Source of the DNA: an uncultured Candidatus Saccharibacteria bacterium
GTDB lineage: Bacteria; Patescibacteriota; Minisyncoccia; RBG-13-40-8-A
DNA: 64,000 nucleotides
Direction: 5' to 3'
NCBI GenBank assembly: GCA_965231075.1
Contig: OZ246412.1
Location: forward strand, 463,282 to 527,281
Shown: piece after piece, positions 36,072 to 46,575 of the stretch
How positions within the stretch are numbered: the stretch's first letter is position 1
How the letters are laid out: every line of letters begins with the position of its first letter
Notes under the pieces: generated by a model
Database searches by the model: none
The model's input: only the letters and a program-made list of their open reading frames with translations
Told to the model about the DNA's origin: nothing
Program-made: the position numbers and the translations under genes

Positions 36072-38612
36072 TTATACGCAAGTAATTGAAGCTACCTTGT
36101 CTTTGTCGTCCAGCTTCATAATTCTTACGCCTTGTGTAACTCTACCAAGTTTAGAAATGTTCTTAATGCCCGTCCTAATTACATTACCTTTTTGTGATGT
36201 AACGATTAAATCCTCCTCTTCTAGTGAAATCATCCTCACGCCAACCAACGATCCAGTCTTCTCGGTCACATTGGCAGTTTTTACGCCCACACCACCACGA
36301 TGCTGTAATTTAAAATTATCTACTGGCGTACGTTTCCCATAACCATTAGAGCTAACAATCAATATGTCGGGGTTAATTTTTTTAACTGCCTGCGTGATTA
36401 CTTCCATGCCCACAACCGCATCAGTAAATTCTTCTTTGTCTTTGGCTTTCACAACTCTTAATCTAACGCCTCTAACTCCAATGGCATTTCTTCCCATGGG
36501 TCGTAAATCTTTTTCTGAAAATTTAATCCCTTGGCCAAGTTTGGTTACCAACATTATTTCATCATCGCCATGAGTAATTTTTACCCATTGTAAATCATCA
36601 TCTTTATCTAGGGTTATAGCGGCAATACCACCCTTTCTAATGTTCCTAAATTTTTCTACTTCTGTCTTCTTTATTATACCTTTTTTTGTGACCATTGCCA
36701 AAAATTTTGTCTGAATTCCATTTTCTCCCTTTTTTTCTCTTTCTAGAGGCACAACCGCACTGATTTTCTCGTCGGAAGATAGTCCTAGAATATTCACGAT
36801 TGCTCGTCCCCTTGAAACACGAGTTGCCTCGGGAATTTCATAGGCTTTGGTTTGATAAACCTTGCCCTTATTACTAAAAAACAATAAATCGTCGTGGGTA
36901 GAACAAACGAAGAAATGTTCAACAAAATCCTCTTCTTTGGTTTTAATTCCCACCATTCCTTTGCCGCCTCGGTTTTGTGCGCGATAAGATTTAGGATCAA
37001 CACGTTTAATGTATCCTGTATTGGTAACTGTAACAATAATTTCTTGATCGGCGATTAAATCCTCTTCAGCAAATTCTCCCACACCAGCACTGTGAACCTT
37101 GGTTTTTCTCTCATCACCAAATTTTTGTTTAAGTTCCGATAATTCTTCCTTAACAACCTTCAAAATTTTCTTAGGATTAGCTAAAATGTCTTCTATTTCT
37201 TTAATCAATTTCAATTTTTCTTCTAATTCATCAAGAATTTTCTTTCTTTCTAGTCCAGCTAGTGTTTGAAGGCGCATATCCAAGATAGCATTGACCTGGA
37301 TTTCAGTTAATTTAAATGCTTTAATTAATCCCAATTTAGCATCTTCGCGATCTTTCGACTTCTTGATAATCTCAATTACTTTGTCAATATTTTTCAATGC
37401 TTTTGCCAGTCCCTCCAAAATATGCACCCTGTCTTTTGTCTTAGCTAATTCAAACTTGTAGCGACGGGTGATTACAATTTGTCGGTGCTCAATAAAATGA
37501 GTCAAGACCTGCTTCAATGACAATGTCTGCGGTTGAATTCCTTCAGTCAAAGCTAGCATGTTTAAATGAAAAGTTTTTTGAAGTTCGGTGTACTTGAACA
37601 ATTTGTTCAAAACCTTTTGCGGAAAGGCGTCATTTTTTAATTCAATTACAACTCTAATTCCTTCTTTGTCGGATTCATCACGAATATCTCGAATGCCTTC
37701 AATCTTTTTTTCTTTTACTAGATCAGCGATTTTTTCAAGCAATACCGATTTATTGGTTTGATAAGTCAGTTCAGAAATAATAATTTTAAATTTCCCCTTT
37801 TCTTCAACAATGTCGGCTTTGGCACGATTTAAAATTGGGCCCTTACCAAAAACATAGGCCTGCATTATTTCTTTTTTATTATAAATTTCTCCGCCGGTTG
37901 GAAAATCTGGTCCTTTTATAAATTGAAACAATTCCTCAACTGTGGCTTTGGGGTTTTCAATTAAATGTTCAGTGGCATCAACAACCTCCGTAAGGTTGTG
38001 CGGTGGAATACTTGTTGCCATACCAACAGCGATGCCTAATGTTCCATTTAATAATAATTGTGGAATTTTTGATGGTAAAACCTGTGGTTCTGTGCGCGTG
38101 TTGTCATAATTAGGAATAAAATCAACCGTGTCTTTTTCTAGGTCTTTAAGCATTTCTTCGGCAATAGGAGTTAATCTCGCTTCCGTATAACGCATTGCGG
38201 CAGCGCCATCGCCATCAATTGAACCAAAGTTTCCTTGGCCATCAACTAACGGATAACGCATTGCAAAACTTTGTGCCATTCTTACCATTGAATCATAAAC
38301 TGCCATATCTCCATGTGGATGATATTTACCTAGAGTTTCTCCAACAACCGTTGCTGATTTTCTATGTTTACCACCAGACGAAAGTCCCATGTCATGCATC
38401 GCGTAAAGAATCCTACGATGTACGGGCTTCATTCCGTCTCGAACATCGGGCAATGCACGTGCAACAATAACACTCATTGCATAAGATAAGTATGATTCTT
38501 CCATTTCGGTGACAATCTCTCGATTTTGAAAATTAATCCTTTCTTCTGTGGGATTGTCTGACTTTTGTTCTGCCGGCAGGGCAGGTTTTTTGTTTTTATT
38601 CTTGTCCTTCAT
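36072..38612 (-). CDS. gyrA: DNA gyrase subunit A
   Basis: [25 protein letters not shown]-terminus, active-site Tyr region, C-terminal beta-pinwheel repeats; 846 aa. Confidence 0.95.
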   Translation of the reverse strand: MKDKNKNKKPALPAEQKSDNPTEERINFQNREIVTEMEESYLSYAMSVIVARALPDVRDGMKPVHRRILYAMHDMGLSSGGKHRKSATVVGETLGKYHPHGDMAVYDSMVRMAQSFAMRYPLVDGQGNFGSIDGDGAAAMRYTEARLTPIAEEMLKDLEKDTVDFIPNYDNTRTEPQVLPSKIPQLLLNGTLGIAVGMATSIPPHNLTEVVDATEHLIENPKATVEELFQFIKGPDFPTGGEIYNKKEIMQAYVFGKGPILNRAKADIVEEKGKFKIIISELTYQTNKSVLLEKIADLVKEKKIEGIRDIRDESDKEGIRVVIELKNDAFPQKVLNKLFKYTELQKTFHLNMLALTEGIQPQTLSLKQVLTHFIEHRQIVITRRYKFELAKTKDRVHILEGLAKALKNIDKVIEIIKKSKDREDAKLGLIKAFKLTEIQVNAILDMRLQTLAGLERKKILDELEEKLKLIKEIEDILANPKKILKVVKEELSELKQKFGDERKTKVHSAGVGEFAEEDLIADQEIIVTVTNTGYIKRVDPKSYRAQNRGGKGMVGIKTKEEDFVEHFFVCSTHDDLLFFSNKGKVYQTKAYEIPEATRVSRGRAIVNILGLSSDEKISAVVPLEREKKGENGIQTKFLAMVTKKGIIKKTEVEKFRNIRKGGIAAITLDKDDDLQWVKITHGDDEIMLVTKLGQGIKFSEKDLRPMGRNAIGVRGVRLRVVKAKDKEEFTDAVVGMEVITQAVKKINPDILIVSSNGYGKRTPVDNFKLQHRGGVGVKTANVTEKTGSLVGVRMISLEEEDLIVTSQKGNVIRTGIKNISKLGRVTQGVRIMKLDDKDKVASITCV

Positions 38613-38892
38613 TTAATTCTTGTAAATCTTCTAAATTAGTTTGATCTTTAATTTCTCTTAAACTTGCAGTTACATTCTGTTTAACCGCTGAAATGTCGTT
38701 TTTGATGGTTTCAAATAGGGACGGTAGTTCGGTTTTATTTATTGCGTCCTTGGCATTTTGTTTGTTTGTGTTTAAAGAAAAAGAGAAAATCCAGAAAACT
38801 ATTATAATTGTCATTATGAGTCCACTTGCCAACCACAAAATCATAATTCTGGTTTTTTTGGGTTTGTTTTGTAGTTTTTCTATGAAATTCAT
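38596..38892 (-). CDS. hypothetical small membrane protein
   Basis: 98 aa, one TM helix. Confidence 0.3.
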   Translation of the reverse strand: MNFIEKLQNKPKKTRIMILWLASGLIMTIIIVFWIFSFSLNTNKQNAKDAINKTELPSLFETIKNDISAVKQNVTASLREIKDQTNLEDLQELNEGQE

Positions 38893-38893
38893 A

Positions 38894-39544
38894 TTATTCT
38901 AATTTCATTACCACAACCTTCATATCTTCACCTAAATCGGTTTTCTTTACGTTATATTCTTGTGTTGTTTCTGGTTCTACGCCAACTTCTTTCAAAAAGT
39001 CATCCACTTTGTCTAGTTTGATTTCGATTCCAGGAATCTTGTAGTGCATGGGAATTACCACGCTAGGTTCAATTTGATTGATGATTTTTACAGCACCCTC
39101 ACCATTAATCGTCCACGTTCCACCAACCGGAACCATTAAAATATCGATTTCTCCCATCTTGTCTAATTGCATATCAGCTAGTTCTTTTTGTCCCAGATCG
39201 CCCAAATGACAAATCTTTAAATCTTCGGCCTCAATTACATAAATTGTATTAATGCCGTTTTCACTACCCTTGGAATTGTCATGATAAGAATAAATGCCTT
39301 TTATGGAAACACCCTTAACGTCGTATTCTCCTGGACCATTAATTACAAACGGTTGTCCATTCACGGTTTGTAAGTTATTGTGATCATGATGATTGTGGGT
39401 AATTAAAACAATATCAGCCCCACCACGTGGAGGAGTTAATCCAGTTTCTTTATCAAATGGATCAATAAGAATCGTAATTTTGTCACCGACATTTGATTTA
39501 ACCAAAAGTTTAAAACAACTTTGGCCATGCCAAGTAATTTTCAT
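38894..39544 (-). CDS. MBL-fold metallo-hydrolase
   Basis: VLITHNHHDH motif. Confidence 0.7.
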   Translation of the reverse strand: MKITWHGQSCFKLLVKSNVGDKITILIDPFDKETGLTPPRGGADIVLITHNHHDHNNLQTVNGQPFVINGPGEYDVKGVSIKGIYSYHDNSKGSENGINTIYVIEAEDLKICHLGDLGQKELADMQLDKMGEIDILMVPVGGTWTINGEGAVKIINQIEPSVVIPMHYKIPGIEIKLDKVDDFLKEVGVEPETTQEYNVKKTDLGEDMKVVVMKLE

Positions 39545-39689
39545 ATATTAAAATTATAACATATAAAAAATATCCTTGCCAAATTATTTTAAATACCCTA
39601 TACTGAAAACACTACGTTAAACATTGATACTTCGACCAATGCGGAGCGTAATAATAATTAACTGTCGGAGTTTTTCTATTTATAAAAAT

Positions 39690-40766
39690 ATGAAAACAGA
39701 AAACAAAACATCAGAATTAATGCAAACTCTTTTAGATCAAGAGACGGTTAGTATTCCCAAAGCTGGAGATGTTGTCGAGGCAAAAGTTATTGCTCTCAAA
39801 CCATCAATCATTTATCTTGATTTTGGTAATTTTAAGAGTGGCATTATTCTAGGAAGCGAGATTAAAAAACATCCTTTTGAATTTAAAAAGGTCAAACTTA
39901 ATGACATTATCACCGTCAAAATTATTTCTATCGACAATGAAGATGGATATGTTGAAGTTTCGCTTTTAAAGGCTGGCGAAGAAAAAACTTGGCAAGCACT
40001 TCGCGAAAAAATGGAAAGAAATGAGATAATCGACACATTAATCACCAAAGCCAATAAAGGTGGATTAATGGTTGAAATCGAAGGCGCGGAGGCGTTTATG
40101 CCTGTTTCTCAGCTGTCGTCTATACATTATCCTCGCGTAGAAGGTGGTGACAAAACTAAAATTCTTTCTGAATTAAATAAATTAATCGGCCAAACAATTA
40201 AAACAAAAATTATCGATGTTAATCAGCGAGAAAAGAAATTGATTGTTTCCGAGAAAGCGACCGAAGAAAAGAAATTAAAAATCGCTTTAGAAAAATATAA
40301 GGTTGGTGATACGGTTGAAGGAATAATTACAGGTATTGTTGATTTCGGAGCGTTTATTAAATTTGACGATCTAGAAGGATTAATTCACATCTCAGAAATG
40401 GATTGGCAAATCATTAACAACCCCAACGAAATCTTCAGTGTTGGCGATCAAATTAAAGCAGAAATCATTGAGATTGACGGAGATAGAGTTTCTTTGTCAA
40501 CGCGCGCTTTAAGAGAAAATCCTTGGACAAAAGTTGAAGAAAAATACCAAGTCGGACAGACCGTAAAAGGCACTGTAGTTAAATTTAATCCTTTTGGTGC
40601 ATTTATTAAATTAGATAAGAACATCCAGGGATTAGCGCATATTTCTGAATTTGGTACTGAAAAGAAAATGGAAGAAACTATTGAGATTGGCAAGGAGTAC
40701 GAATTCAAAATCATATCAATCAAGGCCTCGGAATATAGAATGGCATTGAAGCCAATCACAGAATAA
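39690..40766 (+). CDS. rpsA: 30S ribosomal protein S1 (four S1 domains)
   Basis: repeated S1 OB-fold segments (GDVVEAKV..., GDTVEGIITGIVDFGAFIK, GQTVKGTVVKFNPFGAFIK); start taken at MKTENK. Confidence 0.85.
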   Translation: MKTENKTSELMQTLLDQETVSIPKAGDVVEAKVIALKPSIIYLDFGNFKSGIILGSEIKKHPFEFKKVKLNDIITVKIISIDNEDGYVEVSLLKAGEEKTWQALREKMERNEIIDTLITKANKGGLMVEIEGAEAFMPVSQLSSIHYPRVEGGDKTKILSELNKLIGQTIKTKIIDVNQREKKLIVSEKATEEKKLKIALEKYKVGDTVEGIITGIVDFGAFIKFDDLEGLIHISEMDWQIINNPNEIFSVGDQIKAEIIEIDGDRVSLSTRALRENPWTKVEEKYQVGQTVKGTVVKFNPFGAFIKLDKNIQGLAHISEFGTEKKMEETIEIGKEYEFKIISIKASEYRMALKPITE

Positions 40767-40820
40767 AAACCTTACCTACCAGTAGGCAGGCAAGAAACAA
40801 AACACAATAACTAGACATTC

Positions 40821-40856
40821 AAAAATCTGTCATTATCCTTGACAGATTTTTGTTTT
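40821..40856 (+). terminator. Rho-independent terminator after rpsA
   Basis: aaaaatctgtca ttatcct tgacagattttt gtttt. Confidence 0.7.
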
Positions 40857-40922
40857 AAGATTATTATATAGCAACAATGCACTTTGTACGAATTATTGTT
40901 AAAATTATTTTTGGAGGTTTGA

Positions 40923-41393
40923 ATGTTTCTTCATCGTAATGAACGTATCATTTGGAGGAACGGTAGTCGGATGATCACAATGAAGTTTTTCATTGTTGGG
41001 GAGGTTAAAAGAGTTGACGGGAAAAGCTTTTTTATATCTCAATCCGTGTTCTGGGATTCAAGTCGATATCCTGATCCGACGAAACGAATTCTGGTTGGGG
41101 TTCGTTTCACCTTTTACGGGATTGATCCCGACGAACTAACGAATTACGAGGTAAAAGTTTCTACGAATAACGGATCACCCGTGGACTATTATCAAGAATT
41201 TAAACACAACGACTGTATTGTTCTTGAATATCGAAGCTACTATCCTTTGGTAGTGAAAGTTCATGATTATCCATTAAATAAGCGTTACGAATTCGTAGCG
41301 CAATGGAATCGCAAACCTCACGAATCTCAGTTAAATGATTTTATATTTGTTCTTTATGTTAAAAGTCATTCGGAGCCTCTAGGGAAAGATTAG
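40923..41393 (+). CDS. hypothetical protein
   Basis: 156 aa; strong SD ggaggtttga before ATG. Confidence 0.4.
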   Translation: MFLHRNERIIWRNGSRMITMKFFIVGEVKRVDGKSFFISQSVFWDSSRYPDPTKRILVGVRFTFYGIDPDELTNYEVKVSTNNGSPVDYYQEFKHNDCIVLEYRSYYPLVVKVHDYPLNKRYEFVAQWNRKPHESQLNDFIFVLYVKSHSEPLGKD

Positions 41394-41504
41394 TTTTTGT
41401 TGAACAGACTCCCCAAAACAGACGAAAGAAAGGAGTCTGTTTTTTTATTTTTAAGACCGATAGCGGGATTTGAAATTTTTATCGATTGTGGTATATTAAA
41501 GACT

Positions 41505-43319
41505 ATGAAAACATTTATTAAAAATATTCTAATTGCGTTTTTTGTTTTGCTTTTTATTTCAGCAATTTTTACGGCTTATAATTCTTCATACAAGATTTCC
41601 GAAAATATTCCCCTAAATCAAGTGGTTACTCTGATTAATGAAGATAAAATTGAGAAAATAACCATTCAGGAAAACAAGCTCACCATAGATTTAAAAGACA
41701 AGACTCAAAAAACTAGTCGGAAAGAGGGAGAACTGGGACTAAGCGAAACCTTGAAAAATTTAGGCGTTAATGAAGAAAAACTAAAAACTTTAAATTTTGA
41801 AATCAAAGAACAGTCTGGGACAATGTATTGGTTGAATATTATTTTGCCGTTTGTCTTGCCATTTCTTTTGATCGGTGCATTTATTTGGTTTATGTTGAAA
41901 CAAGCACAAAAGGGACAAACCCAAGCTATGTCCTTCGGCAAAGCCAATGCTCGTTTAAACCAGCCCGAAAAAGGCAAGAAAGTAACCTTTAAAGATGTTG
42001 CTGGCATCGAACAAGCCAAGGAAGAGCTGAAAGAAATTGTTGAATTCTTAAAAACCCCACAAAAATTCATTGATATCGGCGCAAAAATTCCGCGTGGAGT
42101 TCTTTTAATGGGTCCTCCGGGATGTGGCAAAACACTACTAGCTCGCGCCGTTGCCGGAGAGAGTGATGTCCCCTTCTTCCATATTTCAGGATCAGAATTT
42201 GTGGAAATGTTTGTGGGAGTTGGTGCTTCTCGAGTTAGAGATTTATTTATGACGGCTAAAAAAATGGCTCCAGCAATTATTTTCATTGATGAAATTGACG
42301 CCGTGGGCAGGCATCGTGGTGCAGGATTGGGCGGTGGACACGATGAGCGCGAACAAACCTTAAATCAAATTTTGGTTGAAATGGATGGATTTGATAACAA
42401 TACCAATCTAATTGTCATTGCCGCAACCAATCGACCAGACATTTTAGACCCAGCACTGTTAAGACCGGGTAGATTTGATCGCCGTGTTGTTTTAGATATG
42501 CCCGATATTAATGAAAGAGAAGATATTTTGAAAATTCACGCTAAAAACAAAAAGTTTACCGAAGAAGTAAAATTAAGACAATTAGCCGAAAGAACTCCTG
42601 GATTTTCAGGAGCAGATTTGGCCAACTTGGTTAATGAGGCAGCAATTTTAGCAGCGCGCAAAAATCAAAAATCAATCACACAATTAGATTTAATTAATTC
42701 AATTGAAAAAGTTTTACTTGGCCCAGAAAGAAAAAGTCATATCTATACAAAAAAAGAAAAAGAAATTGCTGCTTATCATGAAGCCGGGCATGCTTTAGTT
42801 AATGCCAGCTTAAAACATACCAATCCTGTACACAAAGTTTCAATTATTTCTCGTGGCATGGCCGGTGGTTATACTTTGACTATGCCCGAAGAAGATAAAC
42901 ACTTACACTCTCGTTCAGAATTTATCGAAGAACTTTCAGTTTTGTTGGGTGGTTATTGTGCCGAAAAATTAATTTTTAACGAAATTACTACTGGTGCCTC
43001 TAATGACCTCAAGGTTGCTTCTGGGATAGCTAGAGATCTGGTTTCTAAATATGGAATGTCAGAAAAACTAGGACCGGTTGCGTTTAATGATCATGACGAG
43101 TTAGTGTTTCTGGGTAAAGAAATTTCTGAGGGCAAAAATTATTCAGAAAAAGTTGCTTCAGAAATTGACGAAGAAATCAAGAAATTTATTCATGACGCGC
43201 GATTAGTAACTGAAAAAATTCTTAAGACCAAAAAAACCAAATTAATTCTGATTGCCAAAGAACTGATTGAAAAAGAAACAATCGAAAAAGACGAATTTAA
43301 AGCACTGATAAGTAAATAG
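41505..43319 (+). CDS. ftsH: ATP-dependent zinc metalloprotease FtsH
   Basis: AAA+ GPPGCGKT Walker [10 protein letters not shown] Walker B, HEAGHA zinc motif; start taken at MKTFIKN. Confidence 0.95.
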   Translation: MKTFIKNILIAFFVLLFISAIFTAYNSSYKISENIPLNQVVTLINEDKIEKITIQENKLTIDLKDKTQKTSRKEGELGLSETLKNLGVNEEKLKTLNFEIKEQSGTMYWLNIILPFVLPFLLIGAFIWFMLKQAQKGQTQAMSFGKANARLNQPEKGKKVTFKDVAGIEQAKEELKEIVEFLKTPQKFIDIGAKIPRGVLLMGPPGCGKTLLARAVAGESDVPFFHISGSEFVEMFVGVGASRVRDLFMTAKKMAPAIIFIDEIDAVGRHRGAGLGGGHDEREQTLNQILVEMDGFDNNTNLIVIAATNRPDILDPALLRPGRFDRRVVLDMPDINEREDILKIHAKNKKFTEEVKLRQLAERTPGFSGADLANLVNEAAILAARKNQKSITQLDLINSIEKVLLGPERKSHIYTKKEKEIAAYHEAGHALVNASLKHTNPVHKVSIISRGMAGGYTLTMPEEDKHLHSRSEFIEELSVLLGGYCAEKLIFNEITTGASNDLKVASGIARDLVSKYGMSEKLGPVAFNDHDELVFLGKEISEGKNYSEKVASEIDEEIKKFIHDARLVTEKILKTKKTKLILIAKELIEKETIEKDEFKALISK

Positions 43320-43329
43320 CACAATTCAC

Positions 43330-43389
43330 GGGCGTGTAGCTCAGCTGGTTAGCCTCTGGCCCTACGGGCCATAGGCCCGGAGGGAGCAC
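43330..43389 (+). pseudogene. 5' fragment of tRNA-Ile gene (first 22 nt identical to 43667-43688) interrupted by 33-nt GC-rich insert, then gagcac
   Basis: gggcgtgtagctcagctggtta identical to the intact tRNA start 337 bp downstream. Confidence 0.6.
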
Positions 43390-43398
43390 TCATATGAC

Positions 43399-43650
43399 AT
43401 GTTTTACGTTTATCTTTTGAAAAGCTTAAAAGACAACAATTATTATATTGGTCAAACCGACAATATTAAAAGCAGATTAGATTACCATAACGGCGGGAAA
43501 GTTAAATCAACGAAGAATCGAATACCGTTTATTCTAATCGGAACAGAAGAATATCAAACGAGAAATGAATCGAGATGGCATGAATACACATTAAAGAATA
43601 ATACAAACGAAAAGCGAAAATTTATAAATAAATTTTCGCCCAAACCATAA
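43399..43650 (+). CDS. stand-alone GIY-YIG nuclease domain protein
   Basis: 83 aa; VYLLKS..YYIGQT..R..H..G GIY-YIG core. Confidence 0.7.
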   Translation: MFYVYLLKSLKDNNYYIGQTDNIKSRLDYHNGGKVKSTKNRIPFILIGTEEYQTRNESRWHEYTLKNNTNEKRKFINKFSPKP

Positions 43651-43666
43651 AATTAAGACCATTGTC

Positions 43667-43740
43667 GGGCGTGTAGCTCAGCTGGTTAGAGCACGGCTCT
43701 TATAAAGCCGGGGTCGATGGTTCGAGTCCATCCACGCCCA
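43667..43740 (+). tRNA. tRNA-Ile (anticodon TAT)
   Basis: acceptor gggcgtg/cacgccc, D gctc/gagc, anticodon stem cggct/agccg loop cttataa, T-arm gatgg ttcgagt ccatc. Confidence 0.85.
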
Positions 43741-43745
43741 TTTTT

Positions 43746-43774
43746 AAAACCCCCCGCAGTGCGGGGGGTTTTAT
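43746..43774. terminator. bidirectional GC hairpin terminator between tRNA-Ile (+) and speH-like gene (-)
   Basis: aaaacccccc gcagt gcgggggg tttt. Confidence 0.7.
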
Positions 43775-43777
43775 TAT

Positions 43778-44155
43778 TTACTCTCCAACTTTTATTGGTC
43801 TTTGAATAAAATCAACTGATTGAGGATTAACTTTTTGTTTGAAAATTTCGTATGTCTGCATTCCATCCTCTTCTCCTCTACAAGAATATAATCCAAAATA
43901 AATTGAATTATGCTCCGGATAAGTATGGATCGATACGTGCGATTCAGCTAACAATACCATCAAAGTAAATCCGTTTGGCTTAAAATTGTGGGATGCCTTT
44001 CCCAAGATCGTAAACTGATCTTCCTTTAATGCTCCTAAAAGAGCATCCTCAAGTTCGGCACTATTGTTGATAATTTCTTGATTTACGCCATGTAACACAC
44101 AAGAAATTTCGTTCCCCAACGAAGGGGACCGGTATGCGTCATCCATAAGCCACAA
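43778..44155 (-). CDS. speH: S-adenosylmethionine decarboxylase proenzyme (pyruvoyl-dependent, SpeH type)
   Basis: LAESHVSIHTYPE processing/active-site motif; 125 aa. Confidence 0.7.
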   Translation of the reverse strand: MWLMDDAYRSPSLGNEISCVLHGVNQEIINNSAELEDALLGALKEDQFTILGKASHNFKPNGFTLMVLLAESHVSIHTYPEHNSIYFGLYSCRGEEDGMQTYEIFKQKVNPQSVDFIQRPIKVGE

Positions 44156-44226
44156 AATACTATTTTAAGCTTGCCTAAATTTAAAGGTTCTGCTATTATT
44201 AATTATTATAAATTTATAATAACACA

Positions 44227-44460
44227 ATGAATTTAGAAGCACAAAATGAACGAAATTCTTCCGAAAAATTAATCCTGGGAATACAACGAGAATTGATTTC
44301 GGAAGTCTGTGGCAAAGACCGTGCCAAACAAGCGCAATGGATAGATAAGTATAGTGAAATCTTTCGACAAATTGTCGAAACTGATCCTAGATTGGTTTGG
44401 GAATATCCTCACACGAAAGATGAATTAAGGGCGCTTCTTTACAAAGAAACAACACATTAA
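44227..44460 (+). CDS. hypothetical small protein
   Basis: 77 aa ORF, no motif. Confidence 0.3.
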   Translation: MNLEAQNERNSSEKLILGIQRELISEVCGKDRAKQAQWIDKYSEIFRQIVETDPRLVWEYPHTKDELRALLYKETTH

Positions 44461-44465
44461 TTTAG

Positions 44466-44540
44466 GGGCGTGTAGTTCAGTGGTAGAACGCTACATTGAC
44501 ATTGTAGAGATCGGAGGTTCGATCCCTCCCGCGCCCACCA
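44466..44540 (+). tRNA. tRNA-Val (anticodon GAC), CCA encoded
   Basis: acceptor gggcgtg/cgcgccc, anticodon stem ctaca/tgtag loop ttgacat, T-arm ggagg ttcgatc cctcc, then acca. Confidence 0.9.
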
Positions 44541-45190
44541 TGGAAATACCAACCATTTTCGAGGACGACAATATTGTTATCATAAATAAGCCGGCGGGAT
44601 TATTAGTTCATCCGGTTACCAACGAAAAAGATACTCTAATCGATATTTTAAAAATCAAACACCCTAATGCTGAATTGGTTCACCGATTAGATCAAGACAC
44701 TTCTGGCGTAATGGTTATAGCAAAAAACAATCAGATCGCAGAATTTTTAAAACAACAATTCAAAGATAGAATTATCAAGAAAAAATACGTTGCCCTAGTT
44801 TATGGGATTTTAAAAGAAAAAAAGGGCATTATCGTTAAATCGATTTCCAAATCCAGAAAAAGGGGTGGCTCACAAACCATCGCACCAATTGGAAAAAATC
44901 GCGAAGCGGTTACAAGATACGAAGTTGTTCAAGAATTTGCTGATTATTCCTTATTAGAAGTTTCTCCCGAGACTGGCAGAACCCACCAAATTAGAGTTCA
45001 TCTCGCATCAATTGGGCATCCAATTGTCGGAGATGAAAAATATAAATTTAAAAGACAAAAAACAATCGAAGGTCTTAATCGGCAATTTTTACATGCTAAA
45101 TATTTAAAACTTTCTCTGCTTGACGGAGAAATAAAAGAGTTCTATGCTGAATTACCAGAAGAACTAAGTAATATATTAAAAAATATATGA
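44540..45190 (+). CDS. RluA-family pseudouridine synthase
   Basis: HRLDQDTSGVMVIAKN catalytic Asp motif; start placed at MEIPTIF because the upstream part of the ORF overlaps the tRNA. Confidence 0.85.
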   Translation: MEIPTIFEDDNIVIINKPAGLLVHPVTNEKDTLIDILKIKHPNAELVHRLDQDTSGVMVIAKNNQIAEFLKQQFKDRIIKKKYVALVYGILKEKKGIIVKSISKSRKRGGSQTIAPIGKNREAVTRYEVVQEFADYSLLEVSPETGRTHQIRVHLASIGHPIVGDEKYKFKRQKTIEGLNRQFLHAKYLKLSLLDGEIKEFYAELPEELSNILKNI

Positions 45191-45564
45191 CCAATAAATT
45201 AGATAAATTTAAAGAAAAATTTGTGAAGAAAGATATCCCAGAAATTAGAACTGGTGATATTGTTAAAGTTCACATCAAACTTGCCGAAAAGACAAAGGCT
45301 GGCGGAGACAAAATCCAGATTTTTGAAGGACTGGTAATTGCCAAGAAACACGGAAAGGGAATGGAGGGAACTTTTACGGTTAGAAAAATCGCTGAAGGGG
45401 TGGGAGTGGAAAAGGTATTCCCTCTTCAATGCCCAACAATTTCTAAAATTGAAATCGTTAAGCACTCAAAAGTAAGACGCGCAAAACTTTATTACATGAG
45501 AGGAAGAATTGGAAAGAAAGCAAGAATGTCCGCCCTCGCCGAACCTACTACCGAAGCGAAATAA
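45187..45564 (+). CDS. rplS: 50S ribosomal protein L19
   Basis: GDIVKVHIKLAEKTKAGGDKIQIFEGLVIAKKHGKGMEGTFTVRK. Confidence 0.95.
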   Translation: MTNKLDKFKEKFVKKDIPEIRTGDIVKVHIKLAEKTKAGGDKIQIFEGLVIAKKHGKGMEGTFTVRKIAEGVGVEKVFPLQCPTISKIEIVKHSKVRRAKLYYMRGRIGKKARMSALAEPTTEAK

Positions 45565-45570
45565 TCTTCC

Positions 45571-45654
45571 GCGCGGGTGCTGTAATTGGTAGCCAGGCTA
45601 GCCTAAGGAGCTAGTGGGAATTATCCCGTGGAGGTTCGAGTCCTCTCCCGCGCA
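45571..45654 (+). tRNA. tRNA-Leu, type II; anticodon loop ctaagga reads AAG by my fold (unusual)
   Basis: acceptor gcgcggg/cccgcgc, anticodon stem ctagc/gctag, long variable arm, T-arm ggagg ttcgagt cctct. Confidence 0.75.
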
Positions 45655-45730
45655 TCAGATTAGATCCGACACGTCCGGTAATCAATTGTTAAATAAAAAA
45701 TTACGACTTTACGGGTCGTAATTTTTTTGT

Positions 45731-45805
45731 TGGAGCGGAAGACGGGATTCGCACCCGCGACCTTCTCCTTGGCAAGGAGACGTTCTGCTGCTGAACTACT
45801 TCCGC
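45731..45805 (-). tRNA. tRNA-Gly (anticodon GCC), CCA encoded
   Basis: minus strand gcggaag...cttccgc t cca; anticodon stem tctcc/ggaga loop ttgccaa; T-loop tgcgaat noncanonical. Confidence 0.8.
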
Positions 45806-45809
45806 AAGA

Positions 45810-45881
45810 TGCCGAGGGAGAGAATCGGACTCTCGACACCACGATTTTCAGTCGTGTGCTCTACCACTGAGCTACCCCGGC
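45810..45881 (-). tRNA. tRNA-Phe (anticodon GAA)
   Basis: minus strand gccgggg ta gctc agtggta gagc; anticodon stem cacga/tcgtg loop ctgaaaa; T-loop tccgatt. Confidence 0.8.
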
Positions 45882-45914
45882 GTAATTTTATATTTATGAT
45901 ATCTTATCGTTATT

Positions 45915-46481
45915 TTATTGTAAAGGTTGAAGTACAATTTGTGACTCACCATTAATGCATTGATCAGCATCAAATCCTTGGTTTATCATTAACTGTTCTG
46001 CATAAATTGGAATCGTGTTTCCATTAGATAAGTTGCCCTGCACTCCAACATAAATTCCGGGAGGAATCGTGCATCCGTATCTAGTTGCTCCTAATGGCCA
46101 ATAATTATAATCGTACTCTCCTCCCCAAGGGGTAGTATCTGGCCAATTATTTGTATACGGTCCAGACCAATTTTGATTTATAATTGTTGTCCAGTTTGAC
46201 GGACAATGATCGCATGGGACAATATAGCTTTCGCCTGTAACATAATCATATGGCAATGAATGAGCTAGTCCAGGATCCCACCCCCTACTCACATCAGGAG
46301 GATAAAATCCCATATCGTTATAATAAAATTCTACCGCCAGTGCAAGATTTTTTGCTGTGCTCCCCGCCCCCACAACCCTTCCTTTTTCTTTAGCATTATT
46401 CATGCTCACTAAAACGATAGTTGCCAACAAACCAATAATTGCGATTACAACTAGAAGTTCTATCAATGTAAAGCTTTTCAT
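45915..46481 (-). CDS. type IV pilin / pseudopilin (prepilin N-terminal methylation motif)
   Basis: MKSFTLIELLVVIAIIGLLATIV class III signal peptide. Confidence 0.75.
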   Translation of the reverse strand: MKSFTLIELLVVIAIIGLLATIVLVSMNNAKEKGRVVGAGSTAKNLALAVEFYYNDMGFYPPDVSRGWDPGLAHSLPYDYVTGESYIVPCDHCPSNWTTIINQNWSGPYTNNWPDTTPWGGEYDYNYWPLGATRYGCTIPPGIYVGVQGNLSNGNTIPIYAEQLMINQGFDADQCINGESQIVLQPLQ

Positions 46482-46497
46482 TTTTTAAATATTTTAG

Positions 46498-46569
46498 AGG
46501 CCAGGATGGGAATCGAACCCATGTATAAGAGTTTTGCAGACTCATGCCTTACCACTTGGCGACCTGGCC
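46498..46569 (-). tRNA. tRNA-Cys (anticodon GCA)
   Basis: minus strand ggccagg...cctggcc; anticodon loop ctgcaaa; T-arm atggg ttcgatt cccat. Confidence 0.75.
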
Positions 46570-46575
46570 AATATG

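Noticed and set aside
43352-43384. 33-nt GC-rich insert inside the upstream tRNA-Ile fragment considered as a tRNA intron
   Set aside because: The fragment never regains the anticodon/T arms, and a complete tRNA gene follows, so it is a truncated duplicate not an intron-containing gene.
44480-44539. N-terminal 20 codons of ORF 44480-45190
   Set aside because: They are the tRNA-Val sequence read in frame; true RluA start moved to 44540.
45660-45842. 60-aa minus-strand ORF
   Set aside because: Lies entirely across tRNA-Gly and tRNA-Phe; spurious.
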